A stretch of DNA of 61,567 nucleotides, counting the filler, from an uncultured Methanosarcinales archaeon (GTDB taxonomy: Archaea > Nanobdellota > Nanobdellia > Woesearchaeales > GW2011-AR9), in the NCBI GenBank assembly GCA_964434885.1. It is 12 parts of 12 records of this genome, joined end to end, with 100 filler letters (N's around TTAATTAATTAA, not from the genome) between each part and the next. Parts side by side here need not be neighbours in the genome. Positions count along the whole stretch, not along the records: positions 58,483 to 61,567 come from CAYSWQ010000064.1; 11 more parts are not named here. One strand, 5' to 3'. Below, in pieces: positions 61,262-61,567 of the stretch. The stretch's first letter is position 1. Each line of letters begins with the position of its first letter. Both the position numbers and the translations under genes were made by a program. The notes under the pieces were generated by a model. It saw nothing but the letters and a program-made list of their open reading frames with translations. It was not told where the DNA came from and did no database searches.

Positions 61262-61567
61262 CAAAATGTGAACGTTAGTAACCGCATGCTGAATGGGTCG
61301 TTGCCTTCCCACTTACACATCGGTTCTATCAAACAACTGTTCTTGTTGTGTTCGAAGGAGTCTCTTTTCAAGGTACGCTTCGTGCTTAGATGCTTTCAGC
61401 ACTTATCGCTTAAGGCGTAGCTGCCCAGCATACCTTATCAGATAACTGGTCGACCAGAGGCCTCGAAACGCCAGTTCCTCTCGTACTATGGCTTCCTTCC
61501 TTTCAGACTCCCAACATTTCCAGTAGATATCAAACAAACTGCCTCACAGCGTTCTGAACCCAGCTCA
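61262..61567 (-). rRNA. 23S rRNA, 3' end (partial)
   Basis: Minus strand has TGAGCTGGGTTCAGAACG, sarcin-ricin loop AGTACGAGAGGAAC and GCTGAAAGCATCTAAG; 3' boundary approximate. Confidence 0.97.

Overview
AT-rich archaeal sequence, most likely DPANN (Woesearchaeota-like). This is inferred from archaeal ribosomal and RNAP proteins, BHB tRNA introns, mostly leaderless genes with TATA boxes about 25 nt upstream, and many orphans. The window is not contiguous: 12 contigs in descending length order are joined by 100-nt N-TTAATTAATTAA-N linkers, so adjacency across linkers is not genomic. Housekeeping content: rps10, truD, adk, nreA, ttuA-like, rps8e, lonB, rtcB-archease, trxB, kae1, ftsZ-secE-spt5, DRG, pfdB-rpo12-rpl37ae, rpo7-spt4-rps24e, herA and the 23S rRNA 3' end. 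The best candidate for an undescribed system is contig 26664-32723. It carries a small PD-(D/E)XK nuclease coupled to an AAA+ ATPase, an EgtD-like methyltransferase fusion, a secreted protease and orphans. Its spacers hold a 132-nt rod-like inverted repeat, a two-hairpin sRNA-like element, and an 11-nt motif (TTTAGCGAGGT) found three times: two copies just upstream of start codons and one in the sRNA-like element. Other points of interest are two tRNAs with two introns each, a free-standing LAGLIDADG gene beside one of them, a helical-repeat Vsr/DUF559-like nuclease, an Rhs/YD protein that lacks the Rhs core and carries Cys-rich, CARDB and acidic modules, and a split Dph2. All family calls come from motifs recognised by eye; no searches were run.
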